A stretch of 40,456 bases of DNA from a virus (lineage: Duplodnaviria > Caudoviricetes): positions 1 through 40,456 of the IMG/VR virus record IMGVR_UViG_3300034171_000184, one strand, 5' to 3'. The notes beneath the pieces were generated by a model, which made no database searches, was not told where the DNA came from, and saw only the letters and a list, made by a program, of their open reading frames with translations. Both the position numbers and the translations under genes were made by a program. Shown here piece after piece: positions 26,556-37,060 of this stretch (the stretch's first letter is position 1; each line of letters begins with the position of its first letter).

Positions 26556-27035
26556 ATGAAGAAACACGAAAAGTTAGCCAGGCAGATCCTCAAGGATAAC
26601 CCAGACCAGGGCGAGGTACATATCACAGAAGACGGTCAGCCGTTTTTCTCCGGCATCAAGGCACGTAATTACTCAGGAAGGCAAAGGCACGAAAAGACGC
26701 CTACTGTTTTTTTTCGTAGTGGGCACGAGCCTGAGGATCATTCGGATCTGGAAGCGGCTTTCGAAAAGCTTAAGAGCCGTAATGCGACGCTTGAAGCTAC
26801 GCTAGAGGCAACCAGTAACGCCGCAGACCTTGGAGAGGACATTCCGGAACTCAATACCGAATCCGCCGCTGAAGTGGTGGCCGTGGTAGAGCTGCGCGAA
26901 AAGATTGCCGAAGCTGAAAAGCATGCCGAGCAAATGGAGCAAGCCCTAAAAGCTTCCCAAGATGCACAAAAAAACGCTGAGAAGGAACTGAAAGAACTTC
27001 AGGCGGAAAAATCCAAATCAAAAGATAAGAAATAA
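26556..27035 (+). CDS. Hypothetical virion-region protein with coiled coil
   Basis: Start at 26556; HITEDGQPFF motif; directly upstream of the sheath gene. Confidence 0.7.
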   Translation: MKKHEKLARQILKDNPDQGEVHITEDGQPFFSGIKARNYSGRQRHEKTPTVFFRSGHEPEDHSDLEAAFEKLKSRNATLEATLEATSNAADLGEDIPELNTESAAEVVAVVELREKIAEAEKHAEQMEQALKASQDAQKNAEKELKELQAEKSKSKDKK

Positions 27036-28270
27036 TGGCAAGGCCAAATCTTAAAATAGAAAAGCAGGACGGCGGTCTGGGTCGTAGGGATCCCAATGCC
27101 GATATGGTCACGGGCATCGTGATGAACGCCGTGGGATCCGCAGATCTTACACTTAATGAGATCTACACCCTAAATAGCATCCGCGATGCGGAAGCGCTGG
27201 GTCTCAATGAAGCTTACGATACCGATAATGAGGTGCTGGTCTTCCATCGACTTTTACGGATGTTCATCCAGAACCCCAGTATCATCATTTACTTTATGCC
27301 GGTTGCACAGGCGGTAACGCTTGTGGATATGGCCGATAAGGATATGAATTACCTGGCGAAGCTCGTAAGGTCAAAAACCGACATCGTGCAAGTAGCACTG
27401 GCACGTAACCCGGAAGAGGCTTACGTGGTTACCGTTGCAAACGGCCTCAGTGATGAAGTCCTGCCAGCGGTGCAGCTTGCGCAGGATCTAGTGACCGCCC
27501 AGTTTGACAAAGGCCGCTATTTTGAGGTATTCATCGAGGGCAGGAACTTCACCGGTACCACAGCGGCATTGGTAGATCTAAAAGCCCTGGAGGATAAAGC
27601 GCCGGACGTTTCGGTGGTGATCCTTGCGGATTATGACATTTCACAAAAGCGCGCGGCCTATTTTGGCTATGCAGCTGTGGAAGAATTTGCGGCACTGGTG
27701 AGCAAAGCCGCGGTGAGCCAAAATGCGGGGGAATTGATCGATACCTTCAATTTGACCAACCGCAATGAGAAGGTTTTCCTTAATGCCGGGCTGAGCTCGG
27801 GCAAGAAAATCGAGGAATACTCAGATAGTGATCTTGATCTACTTGACGATAAGGGTTTCATATTCGCCACTTCAGTCGCAGGAATTGCCGGTTTCTTTAT
27901 TGTGGATACGCCCACCTGTACAGATAATGCCAGCGATTACAAGTTTGTCGAGAACAACCGCACCATAAAAAAAGCGATCAAGCTTGCACGCACGGCTTTA
28001 TTGCCACGCGTAAAAGGCCGCTTGTACGTGGATCCAGATACAGGGGAGATCGCACCGGAAGATCGCAAGGAACTCGAAGGGCTGACCATCGCCGCACTTG
28101 ATCCCATGCTTTCAGACCGTGATATCAGCGGTCGTGTACAGGCGTACATCGATCCCAGCCAGAATGTACTGGCAACTTCAAAACTAGAAGTACAGCTAAG
28201 CTTTATCCCGGTTGCCATAGGTCGTGAAATCACCTTGAAAATCGGTTTTAACAATCCCATAAACAACTAA
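27035..28270 (+). CDS. Tail sheath protein (DUF2586-like)
   Basis: LDDKGFIF...DYKFVENNRTIKKA...IDPSQNVLATSKLEV...IGFNNP. Confidence 0.9.
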   Translation: MARPNLKIEKQDGGLGRRDPNADMVTGIVMNAVGSADLTLNEIYTLNSIRDAEALGLNEAYDTDNEVLVFHRLLRMFIQNPSIIIYFMPVAQAVTLVDMADKDMNYLAKLVRSKTDIVQVALARNPEEAYVVTVANGLSDEVLPAVQLAQDLVTAQFDKGRYFEVFIEGRNFTGTTAALVDLKALEDKAPDVSVVILADYDISQKRAAYFGYAAVEEFAALVSKAAVSQNAGELIDTFNLTNRNEKVFLNAGLSSGKKIEEYSDSDLDLLDDKGFIFATSVAGIAGFFIVDTPTCTDNASDYKFVENNRTIKKAIKLARTALLPRVKGRLYVDPDTGEIAPEDRKELEGLTIAALDPMLSDRDISGRVQAYIDPSQNVLATSKLEVQLSFIPVAIGREITLKIGFNNPINN

Positions 28271-28272
28271 AA

Positions 28273-28710
28273 ATGGCACAAAGAGAGCAGCAAGTCAATG
28301 GGCGTTACCGCAACTATTCAAGCATCCGCGCCAATATATTTGGGCGGACGCTGGTAGGCATGACGTCCATTAGCTATAAGAGAATGGATAGCATCGATCC
28401 CGTGAAAGCGGTGGGTACTTCTAAACCCATAGGTTACACCCAGGGCGATGAGCGCTATGAAGGATCTGTGACTTTACTTACCGAAGAGCTGGACGCTATC
28501 CAGGCCAGCCTTCCACCCTTGACATCACTACCGGATATCGCTCCATTTGTGATCTCGGTAAGTTATGTGGATGGGAACAACCTTCAGGTATCGCACCTTT
28601 TGGTGGGCTGTAAGTTCAAGGAGAATGGCCGTAGCGGTGACAGTGGAAGTACCGACGCGCTGAGCCAGGAGATCCCACTTTACATCCACAATATCATCTG
28701 GAATGCCTAA
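28273..28710 (+). CDS. Tail tube protein
   Basis: 145 aa after the sheath gene; GMTSISY...YEGSVTL...GCKF. Confidence 0.85.
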   Translation: MAQREQQVNGRYRNYSSIRANIFGRTLVGMTSISYKRMDSIDPVKAVGTSKPIGYTQGDERYEGSVTLLTEELDAIQASLPPLTSLPDIAPFVISVSYVDGNNLQVSHLLVGCKFKENGRSGDSGSTDALSQEIPLYIHNIIWNA

Positions 28711-29140
28711 GCACCTACAGGAGCTCAGGGATGAATGCAGGGAACTGGGTGTCAAGTACACCTCGAAGAGTACGATCAATCAATTATCAAAAAAGTTAAA
28801 AGCATATAAAATGGCAAAAGAGACAAAATCAGGCAATATCAGCCAAGAGCAGATCGCCGACTGGAAAAAGCAGCATAGATCAGTTTACAGGTTAGAAGTC
28901 AGCGTAAGCGAAAAAGACAAGGCCGTGGGCTACCTGCGCAAGCCTAACCGGAACCACAAGGCCACCGCCCTGAGCATGTATGCCAAGGACAAAATACTGG
29001 AATGTGGTGAATTCATCCGCAATAACTGTTGGCTGGGAGGTGATGAGCGCCTTCTAAACGACAATGACATTGCAGATAGTGCAGCTATCCAAGCCTCTGG
29101 GATCATCAAATTTTTAGACGCTAACCTGGGGGAGGTCTAG
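28703..29140 (+). CDS. Tail assembly chaperone (gpG-like); alternative start 28811
   Basis: EQIADWKKQH...GYLRKP...NCWLGGDE. Confidence 0.85.
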   Translation: MPKHLQELRDECRELGVKYTSKSTINQLSKKLKAYKMAKETKSGNISQEQIADWKKQHRSVYRLEVSVSEKDKAVGYLRKPNRNHKATALSMYAKDKILECGEFIRNNCWLGGDERLLNDNDIADSAAIQASGIIKFLDANLGEV

Positions 29141-29337
29141 GCCTCCCCATAAGCCAGGAAGGAGGTCAGGATTTCATAAGAAAAGTAACCGCGCTTATTG
29201 GCTATCATTTTCATATTCCCAATGTAGAAGATCTAGACGATCAGCAATTTTGGGATAAATGGGAGCAATTAAAGTTTGCCCTCCATTTTGAAAGTAAGCG
29301 CCAATCGGCCAAAGAAGGAGAAAGCATTGTCCTATAA
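29128..29337 (+). CDS. Tail chaperone -1 frameshift extension (gpT-like)
   Basis: ATG-less -1 frame reading GGGLGLPISQEGGQDFIRKVTALIGYHFHIPNVEDLDDQQFWDKWEQLKF; G5 run at 29128-29132. Confidence 0.8.
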   Translation, partial: GGGLGLPISQEGGQDFIRKVTALIGYHFHIPNVEDLDDQQFWDKWEQLKFALHFESKRQSAKEGESIVL

Positions 29338-29932
29338 TTTCAACATACCGGAACTTTTTAAATCCCACTTTGGCTTCAATGTGGGGATTTCCACCAAGGA
29401 TATTCCTGCCAAGCATGGGAGCCACGGGATCAATCTCGTGGAGTTCAATGCGCGGATCAATAAGATCAGTTTATTGGGTACTCCAGTCTGGGATTTTATC
29501 ACGATCCAGCCCAAGATTATAGAGGCTACCGGTGAAAAGTTTGAAGGTTATGATTTTCCCCTGGAGTGTGTTACAGAGGCCCTACTTCCCAAGAAGATCG
29601 TGGAGACCGATATCATAGGCCGCGATGGCAATGTAGAGGAACTGATGGGGCTTGGCGATTGGCAACTGATCATAAGAGGCTTTGTCATTAACCATTATCT
29701 GGGCTTTTATCCCGAAAAACAGGTAAAAGAGCTCAAGGATCTGGTTGCACTAAAAGATACCACGCTGGGCGTGGAATCTACGTTCTTAAACTTACTGGAC
29801 ATTTATTACATAAGCCTTCACGAGATCAAGTTTCCCGCAGCCGTGGGATATGATAACGTACAGCCTTTTGAGATCACCGCAAAGAGCCGGATCCCGTTCA
29901 CCTTAAACCCGACCAATGGTATTCTGCTGTAG
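29327..29932 (+). CDS. DUF6046-like tail tube initiator / baseplate protein
   Basis: KKIVETDIIGRDGNVEELMGLGDWQLIIRG; probable TTG start at 29327. Confidence 0.8.
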   Translation: MSYNFNIPELFKSHFGFNVGISTKDIPAKHGSHGINLVEFNARINKISLLGTPVWDFITIQPKIIEATGEKFEGYDFPLECVTEALLPKKIVETDIIGRDGNVEELMGLGDWQLIIRGFVINHYLGFYPEKQVKELKDLVALKDTTLGVESTFLNLLDIYYISLHEIKFPAAVGYDNVQPFEITAKSRIPFTLNPTNGILL

Positions 29933-30887
29933 GCTTACGATAGGTGAACTGATCTTTGACGCGTTCTCGAGCGTGAACATCAAGAGCAGCTGGAGGCTGT
30001 TCACCAATACCGCGTTTATTGAACTCCCCAAGGCGCTGCACTATTATGAGGGCAATAAGCTCAAGCCCATCATTAACATCAGGGAGCGTATCAAAACCGG
30101 AATGCCCGTCAAAATAGAAATGGGCTACGACCGGCAGTTGGTCACCGAATTTGAGGGCTATGTTGCCAGGAGCCCACAGCCCACATTGCCCATGCTTATA
30201 GAGTGTGAAGATGAGATGTGGCAGCTGAAGCGCAAAGAAGTAAGCGTAAGCATCAAGGATGCGACCGTTCGGCAAATTGTTGAAGGTGCTGCACCTGGTT
30301 ATGAGGTAAACGTGCTGGATGAATTTTACGGTGATTTTTCCCTGTTGCAGACCACACCTGCCAAAATATTTGAAGAGCTGCGCAAAACCGCTGGGATCTA
30401 TACCTTTTTCAGAAAAGGGGTTCTAACCTCAGGGAAAGTTTATAGCGATGAAAATATCCCTAAAGTGGTCGCAAATTATAAATATGGTGAAAACATCACC
30501 GATACCGATCTGAAGTACGTAGCTGCCACCGATGTAAAAATAAAAATTTATGGGAGCAGTACCCAGTCAGACGGTACAATCGTACGCGAGAGCGTGGGCG
30601 AAGAGGGCGGCGATATCCAAAGAAATACTTATCCATCAGGTTGGACTAAAGAGGAAGTTAAATCATTATTGGAATTGACCTATGAGAATGTAAAGAGCCG
30701 TGGTGGTTATGATGGGAGCCTTACCAGTTTCGGATTTCCATTTGTGGTACATGGCCAAACCGTTCGTGTATTGGATACGATTTATGAGCAGCGCGACAGT
30801 ATGCACTTTGTGGACGCGGTGGAGGTCAAAGCAAGTATGAGTACAGGTTATAGGCGTACACTGGAACTGGGAAAAGAAGTGAACTGA
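29916..30887 (+). CDS. Baseplate hub (late control D / gp44-like)
   Basis: IEMGYD...EFEGYV...IECEDEMWQLK; GYDGSLTSFG. Confidence 0.85.
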   Translation: MVFCCRLTIGELIFDAFSSVNIKSSWRLFTNTAFIELPKALHYYEGNKLKPIINIRERIKTGMPVKIEMGYDRQLVTEFEGYVARSPQPTLPMLIECEDEMWQLKRKEVSVSIKDATVRQIVEGAAPGYEVNVLDEFYGDFSLLQTTPAKIFEELRKTAGIYTFFRKGVLTSGKVYSDENIPKVVANYKYGENITDTDLKYVAATDVKIKIYGSSTQSDGTIVRESVGEEGGDIQRNTYPSGWTKEEVKSLLELTYENVKSRGGYDGSLTSFGFPFVVHGQTVRVLDTIYEQRDSMHFVDAVEVKASMSTGYRRTLELGKEVN

Positions 30888-31345
30888 TGGAAGCTCTAGA
30901 AAAATTGGTAGGTCGGTACACGCGCCTTCAGGTAATTGAAGCAAAAGTGAAAAGTGTGAGTGAGGATCAGTGCGAAGTGATCGCACTGGATGGATCTAAA
31001 GACTTCTTTCGGGTTTCGCTCAATGCAGTGCTTGAAAATGGAAACGATAAACTCATCAATTATCCCACGCCAGGCAGTACGGTGATCATTGCCATTGCAC
31101 CGGGCGCAACCACAGCAAGTATCATCGCCTTTAGCCAAGTTGATCAAACCTATTTTAAAAGGGGTACCACGGTGCAAGAAATTGACCGGGACGGCTTTAA
31201 ACTGGAACGCGATGGCGAAAGTTTAAAGAAGGTGATAAATGACCTCATTGATGAAGTCAATAAAATTAAGGTGATCTACGGCAATACGATCAACGTGGCC
31301 GAAATGATCAATATTAAATTAAGGTTAAACCGCATTTTAAAGTAG
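30887..31345 (+). CDS. Baseplate spike (gpV/gp45-like)
   Basis: OB-fold-like N-terminus, YPTPGSTVII. Confidence 0.75.
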   Translation: MEALEKLVGRYTRLQVIEAKVKSVSEDQCEVIALDGSKDFFRVSLNAVLENGNDKLINYPTPGSTVIIAIAPGATTASIIAFSQVDQTYFKRGTTVQEIDRDGFKLERDGESLKKVINDLIDEVNKIKVIYGNTINVAEMINIKLRLNRILK

Positions 31346-31350
31346 ATAAA

Positions 31351-31560
31351 ATGGCAATTACACAGGCGCAATTGAGCAAGAAAATACAGGATGCGATGGA
31401 CTTTAAAAGTGATGATCCAGAAGTGGACATCTATAAGGCCCGAAAGTATCTGGCCGATCAGATTGCTGAAGGTGTGGCGCTATTTGTCATAAGTAGAAAA
31501 ACAACCGTGGCAGGAGTACAAAGTGGCGGTGGAACCGCTGTTGGAATTATACAGGAATAA
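31351..31560 (+). CDS. Small baseplate/spike-tip protein
   Basis: 69 aa ending VAGVQSGGGTAVGIIQE. Confidence 0.65.
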   Translation: MAITQAQLSKKIQDAMDFKSDDPEVDIYKARKYLADQIAEGVALFVISRKTTVAGVQSGGGTAVGIIQE

Positions 31561-31844
31561 TGGACATACTTCTGGACGAAAATAAAAGGCTGCGGATTGA
31601 AAATGGCGATTTCGTCATTGGTAAAAGTGAGCAGCAAGAAATTGAACTTTTGCTCACCTCGTTTAAAGGCTCCTGGAAGGAAAGCCCAGAAGTGGGCATT
31701 GGGATCAAACATTTGCTCAAGTCCCGTAATGCTCCAGCAACGATTAAAAGAGAAGCAAACCTTCAGCTGGCCGCTGATGGATTTAAGGTTAAAAACATAA
31801 CGATCGATTACCCCCAGATCGAAATTGATGCAATAAGACACTAA
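31560..31844 (+). CDS. Baseplate wedge gp25/gp46-like protein
   Basis: MDILLD...GDFVIGKSEQQ...GSWKESPEVGIG. Confidence 0.82.
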   Translation: MDILLDENKRLRIENGDFVIGKSEQQEIELLLTSFKGSWKESPEVGIGIKHLLKSRNAPATIKREANLQLAADGFKVKNITIDYPQIEIDAIRH

Positions 31845-31849
31845 CAAAA

Positions 31850-32197
31850 ATGGAAGCAGCCACAAAACCTTTTCTCGAGTACGGCGTCATAGGCGCACTC
31901 TGCGTGCTGCTGCTGATCGCGGTGCGGCACCTCTATCTGGAGTACAAAAAGAACAGTGAAACATGGAAGCAGGTCGCGCTTAAATCTCAGGACAATTTCA
32001 TCGAGATCTCGAAAAAGCAGAACGAGACCAACCAGAAGCTCATCGAGATCCGCGAGCGCGATGCCGATCAGAACAAAAACTTTCACGTCGCGATCGGCAA
32101 GCGCCTGGATGAGATGCCGGAGCGCATAGTAAAGGAATTTGAATATAGAAAGGTGCATGAGCCAAAATCAAAAAGAACAAACGTAACCCCCGCATGA
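31850..32197 (+). CDS. Holin-like single-TM coiled-coil protein
   Basis: EYGVIGALCVLLLIAV TM helix followed by a coiled coil. Confidence 0.55.
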   Translation: MEAATKPFLEYGVIGALCVLLLIAVRHLYLEYKKNSETWKQVALKSQDNFIEISKKQNETNQKLIEIRERDADQNKNFHVAIGKRLDEMPERIVKEFEYRKVHEPKSKRTNVTPA

Positions 32198-32481
32198 CCA
32201 TCACCGTGCTACATAACCAGTCGCTCCTGGACCTTGCCGTTCAGGAATACGGCACCGCAGAGGCCGTGGTGCCCCTGGCGCTGGCCAATGGCCTCACCGT
32301 TACCGGCCTGCTCGTCGCTGGCCAGCAATTGCGGGGGATAGATGTGGCGGGGGATGCGGCCATAGTGCGGTATTACAGCGCAAACAATATCAAACCGGCC
32401 ACGGCCACAACATTGATCGCGGGGGCTGAACCGGACGGCCCGGAAAAGGATCCCTGCGACCTGTGCCAATTTTTTCACTAA
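32194..32481 (+). CDS. LysM-like baseplate protein (gpX-like)
   Basis: NQSLLDLAVQEYGT...LALANGL...GQQL. Confidence 0.82.
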   Translation: MTITVLHNQSLLDLAVQEYGTAEAVVPLALANGLTVTGLLVAGQQLRGIDVAGDAAIVRYYSANNIKPATATTLIAGAEPDGPEKDPCDLCQFFH

Positions 32482-32484
32482 GCT

Positions 32485-33102
32485 ATGAGCAAAGTAACCA
32501 AGGACATCATTTTAAGCTACTCCACCTGCACCGATAGTGCCGTGCTCAATAGGTTTCAGAATATCCTGGACAGCTTCTGGCACAAGGATGAGGGGCTTGT
32601 TTTCGCAAAATCCGTAAAAGACATAGAGGCGGGCACGAATACGCTCAGCTTCAGGAAGGCGGACGGCACGTTGCAGAACGTGGTGATCGATATCCCCGCC
32701 GCGCCTGTTGCCAGCAAGCCCATAAGCTATATTGATGAGCTGCAGACCGAGCTGAACAAGCTTGTCCAAAAAGTGGACGGGAAAGGACTTAGCACCAATG
32801 ACCTTACCACTGAGCTGCTGGAAAAACTCAACGGGCTACAAAATTACGTACACCCCGATCAGCACCAGACCGCGGATGTTGAGGGGCTCAATGACCTGAT
32901 TGTGCAAATGCAGGAAAATATTTCCACTATAACCGATGCAGTGCCAATAGATCGAATATCAAGAACGATTTATATTCAGCCAGCCGACCTATCCGGAACG
33001 GGCGACCTACGGGACCAGGTTGCGGAGTACATTAATGCCTCTGGTATCATAAAGGAATCAACGACTGCGGATTTTTGGGTGGAAGTACTGCCGTCCCCTT
33101 AA
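32485..33102 (+). CDS. Fibre/adaptor protein
   Basis: DSFWHKDE, ISYIDELQTEL and KVDGKGLSTNDLT fibre repeats. Confidence 0.7.
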   Translation: MSKVTKDIILSYSTCTDSAVLNRFQNILDSFWHKDEGLVFAKSVKDIEAGTNTLSFRKADGTLQNVVIDIPAAPVASKPISYIDELQTELNKLVQKVDGKGLSTNDLTTELLEKLNGLQNYVHPDQHQTADVEGLNDLIVQMQENISTITDAVPIDRISRTIYIQPADLSGTGDLRDQVAEYINASGIIKESTTADFWVEVLPSP

Positions 33103-33166
33103 TTGATCATTTAAACCTTTCAAACCTCACAGAAACCATCGCCCAATAACCCCAAAAACCAAAACC

Positions 33167-36100
33167 ATGAAACCAAAGTTCAGGATTATAAACAAAGGCA
33201 AGGGTGTATTATCTATAGATAAGGCAGACCTAGAGGATCACTCAATACCCGATAGGTACTCCGACCTGGAAAGAGTTATCAATGCAACTTACGAGGAGAT
33301 CAAGTCAATGAGCGATCAATCTCTCTTGGTCCCAGGGCATAAATATGCTATTCAAGATTATAAGACCGAATATGTTATAGTAGGGAGCAACTCATCTGGA
33401 ATAATAAAAACCGCTACAATCACCAATGTAATTTCTGGATATGGAGTCCTGAATAATAATTATGATTACGACCTTAAGAACGGGCAAACCGTCGAAATTA
33501 CAAAGCTTCCGGACGGATATTCCGGGGAATTGAAAATAGGCGACACCACGACGGTTAGCGCTGTCCAGTCAAGTTACTATTTTAGGTTCAGTAATGGAAT
33601 GCAGACCCAGATCGGGATAGCTATTAAGTACTTCATGCCAAGGTTTTCCACAATGACAGACGGGGAAACAATTAATGATGCAAACGGTAAGCCTGTTATG
33701 CGAGCTGGTGGGGTTATTAACACAGAGGTCCATGACGGGTCTGCATATATGGACCAGTCCGCTTCGGAAAATTTACCCCCTCCCCTGGAAGTGCTTATAC
33801 TTACAGCTAAAACTCCGGATACCTTTGAAAAGCTCTCTTTTTCCGAGACCTTTAAAGAGGATGTCGAGTATGATATTGACGACACAGAACTGCTAAATGA
33901 TAATTATGAGTTAATAGGAAATAGAAAAGGTCTGGTTACCCGAAGGATTAATACCGATCTAAGAATAAACCTTCCCTTGGACTGGCGCGCGATAAGGTAT
34001 AGGAGGTGGTTAGTGGACACTGATTCACGCTCCAAACTACTTAATCAGAACCTGGACGCCTCTGACCAGAGCGTTCTCACCGCATATGCCGGTAAACATC
34101 TATATACAAGCAATAATAGGGCAATTGCCGACGAATCACCTTTTTACATTGCGAAAAGCCTTGAGGGTAAGATGCTGACTTTAAACGATCAGTCCAAAGT
34201 TGTTGATTTTGAATATCAGGTAATGGGCAATTCAAGGGCAAAGGATTTTTCTGTTATACCAATAGACGAGAACTATGAACCGGTTGGGGTTACACGAATG
34301 GAAGCCCTCGGTGATAGTAGCCTTTTTAATGTCGTTTTCATGGGCGACATGGAAGGGGAATTATCTGAGAACATTGACTTTTTTGCCTCTTACGCGGTAA
34401 TTTTTGATAGTTCCTTTGTATCCAATCCTGGCGTTACCAGCGAAGGGGAACTCCGTATTATCGACTCGGTTTTTTTGGATACGTTACACATTTTTGGTTC
34501 GGATATTAACATAAAGGACTCTTGTATCCTGGCGTTCTTATCCTTAAGTGGTAATAATACAAATATCTACGAAAGTGTTTTTGGGGTTTCTGCCTCTAAC
34601 TTTGGCTCAGGAGTATCTCCGATACCTCAGGTGGGTAGGATATACCTGGCCAATATATCCCGATCCATTTTACTGCGAACAGTTATTGGGGGGCGTTTAC
34701 CTTATTTTCGAATAAATAATTCCCTTTTTCAAAATGTAAGCCTGTATATATATTATAACCCCACAATTAACAATAATGATAGCTTGTTACAACCGGCTTA
34801 TATGGGTATAGACGGAAGCACATTCTATAATATGTCCTTGAGGATGCTCAATAATGTTAAAGGGGTTTCTTTGAACGGTATTGTCATGTCAAAAACCAAC
34901 GCATCCCACCCAGATCTGTTATTTGTTTATGAAGACATTGTTGAGCCTCTTTACTACAGTGCACTAAAATTCAATAAACACAATTATGACCTCTACGAAC
35001 TAGACATAAACGGTAAGGACGAATCAGTTCATAAAACTATTTCCCGAACCCTGCCATTGGAAGAAGTCCAGGCAGCCGCTATAAAATCAAAGTCAAATCA
35101 AATTCTTTTACGGGATTCGAAAGGCACTGAATATTGGGGCAATAATTTCAGCCTAAAGAACAGCTTAAAAACCGCTTACGTAGCAGACACGAGGCTGGAC
35201 AACGTGAATAAATTGAGCCCCCTTAGGGTCACCGCCCACGATGCTCCCTTAAAATACATAAAAGTCAATCTGAACGATCTTGCCTTTCTGGAGGAAAGGG
35301 GGACAAGTGGCGAACCCTGGGTCCTTTCATTGGGCGGTGAGAACACAATATATGCGGAAGTAGTCAGGGTGCAACAGGACACGGGCGAAATTTACTATGT
35401 GCAGAAGAAAGGGACGTTCAGCCCTTCGGAAGGAACTAAGATAGAGTTTTTTAACCCTTTTTTGAACTATGAGCTGCTCACGCGTGACCCCTTGCTCGAT
35501 CTGGATGATCTGGCCACCATAACCTCTACGACCTATTCCTATATAGTGGCTACCGCATTGGTTGAGCGCGATGGCTATTATGACCTGATCGTCCAGGCGT
35601 ATGGCAGTACCAACGCCTTTTATATAGCGCGGTCAACAGACCTACAGGACTGGGCCTTTATAGGGTCCGAAAAATTCGCTCCCTACGGTGCTTCAGAAAT
35701 GGAAATGGCAGCCAGCCCCCACAGGCTTGACGATGGGAATCTGCTCATCTTCGCGGCTTTTAGAAAGACAAGTTTACAGTTTAGATCTGTAATAGGGATT
35801 TTTGATAACGATTACAATGAGCTACAAACCTTTGAATATGTGACATTTCCAAACCCCCAGGATATAACCGCTGAATATGAGGACACCTTGGAGATATTGG
35901 ACTTGATCCATTTTGACGGGCACTATAGGGCGATCGTTCATTACAGAAGGGACGATAACGACACCAACGAGGTCACGAAGGAAGTGCTGGTCAAATGTTC
36001 AAAATCAGATGAAAATGTAATGAAGTTCCTGAAAAGGGGCTTTTCTGATGCCGAATATAAATGGTTGGACGTTCAGGACAGTACAATGTTCAGCGTTTTT

Positions 36101-36467
36101 GCATCGGGCAAAAACGATGGTGCCACCTATGTGGAGAACAGCGGTGTGCTATCATTGTTTGTCTCAGCGGAATCTGTCGATAACGGTGAGGGCATAACAT
36201 CAAATAACCGGACAGTAGGTATTGCCACCTTAAAAAAAGGACTTACCGCCGATTCTGAAATATGGGTCTATGACAAGACCTCCCCCCTTATAATCAACCC
36301 CATCCAGCTGCAAGTCTCTTACCCAGGACTGGGCCTGGGACCATATAGGGCGCCAAATGAGCTTTACCATTGTTAACAATACGATGTTCTTTTTCACCTC
36401 TTTTGGCGGCGACCAATCAACCAACGAATATGTGCCGGCGGGTCTAAAAATAGAGCTTAACCATTAA
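33167..36467 (+). CDS. Large receptor-binding/depolymerase-like protein; frameshift near 36325 truncates it at 36376 as sequenced
   Basis: Beta-helix-like Asn/Ser/Ile-rich middle; Asp-box ARSTDLQDW and propeller-like C-terminus; +1 frame continues WAWDHIG...LKIELNH to TAA at 36467. Confidence 0.65.
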
Positions 36468-36619
36468 GTGGCGGGGGTACCAGCCCGAAAATAAAAAGCG
36501 AATGAGAACATCGCAATTACGGGGCGTTCCCTTAAGGGTTACGGAAACGCCAACGGGAACATTCACAAACACCGGAAACACATATAACGGAACCGCTCAA
36601 TAATCTTAAAAAAAAAATC

Positions 36620-37000
36620 ATGACAGAATTACTTTTTCTAGGGGCCAATAATCCAAACGCAATCATAGGCCCACATACGTGGGATATCTGGGCGGGAGCC
36701 CTTATCTGGTGCCTCGTGGGCATCGCGCTGGTAAAAGTCTATTACTACAAGCCCGGCACCAAATTCAGCTTTAAAGTCTGGCTCCGCGAGAACTGGAAGG
36801 ATGTGGCCGTGGGCTTTGTGCTCACCATGCTATTGGTACGCCTTGGCGATCCGGTCATTGATCTTGCCGCCGCCCAGGTATCTGAATGGATCAATGTTGA
36901 CATCAGCCAGATGGATACCGTGGCCAGTGTCACCGTGATCGCCATGGCGGTACAATGGTTTCTGCACAAGAATTTGACAAAACAACCTGAAAAGAATTGA
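36620..37000 (+). CDS. Multi-TM membrane protein (holin candidate)
   Basis: Three hydrophobic segments and a charged C-terminus. Confidence 0.6.
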   Translation: MTELLFLGANNPNAIIGPHTWDIWAGALIWCLVGIALVKVYYYKPGTKFSFKVWLRENWKDVAVGFVLTMLLVRLGDPVIDLAAAQVSEWINVDISQMDTVASVTVIAMAVQWFLHKNLTKQPEKN

Positions 37001-37048
37001 GATCTCCGCCGTAGTTTATCCTGAGCGATAGCCGAAGGGCGGAAATGA
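36999..37048. repeat. Nested REP-like element
   Basis: GAGATCTCCGCC-GTAGTTTAT-CCTGAGCGATAGCCGAAGG-GCGGAAATGA resembles Bacteroidetes CCTGAGCG..GTCGAAGG repeats. Confidence 0.65.
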
Positions 37049-37060
37049 AAAACCCAGTAT

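Noticed and set aside
36500-36600. DGR template repeat (AAC-rich)
   Set aside because: No reverse transcriptase in the window and no matching variable repeat found in the fibre genes.
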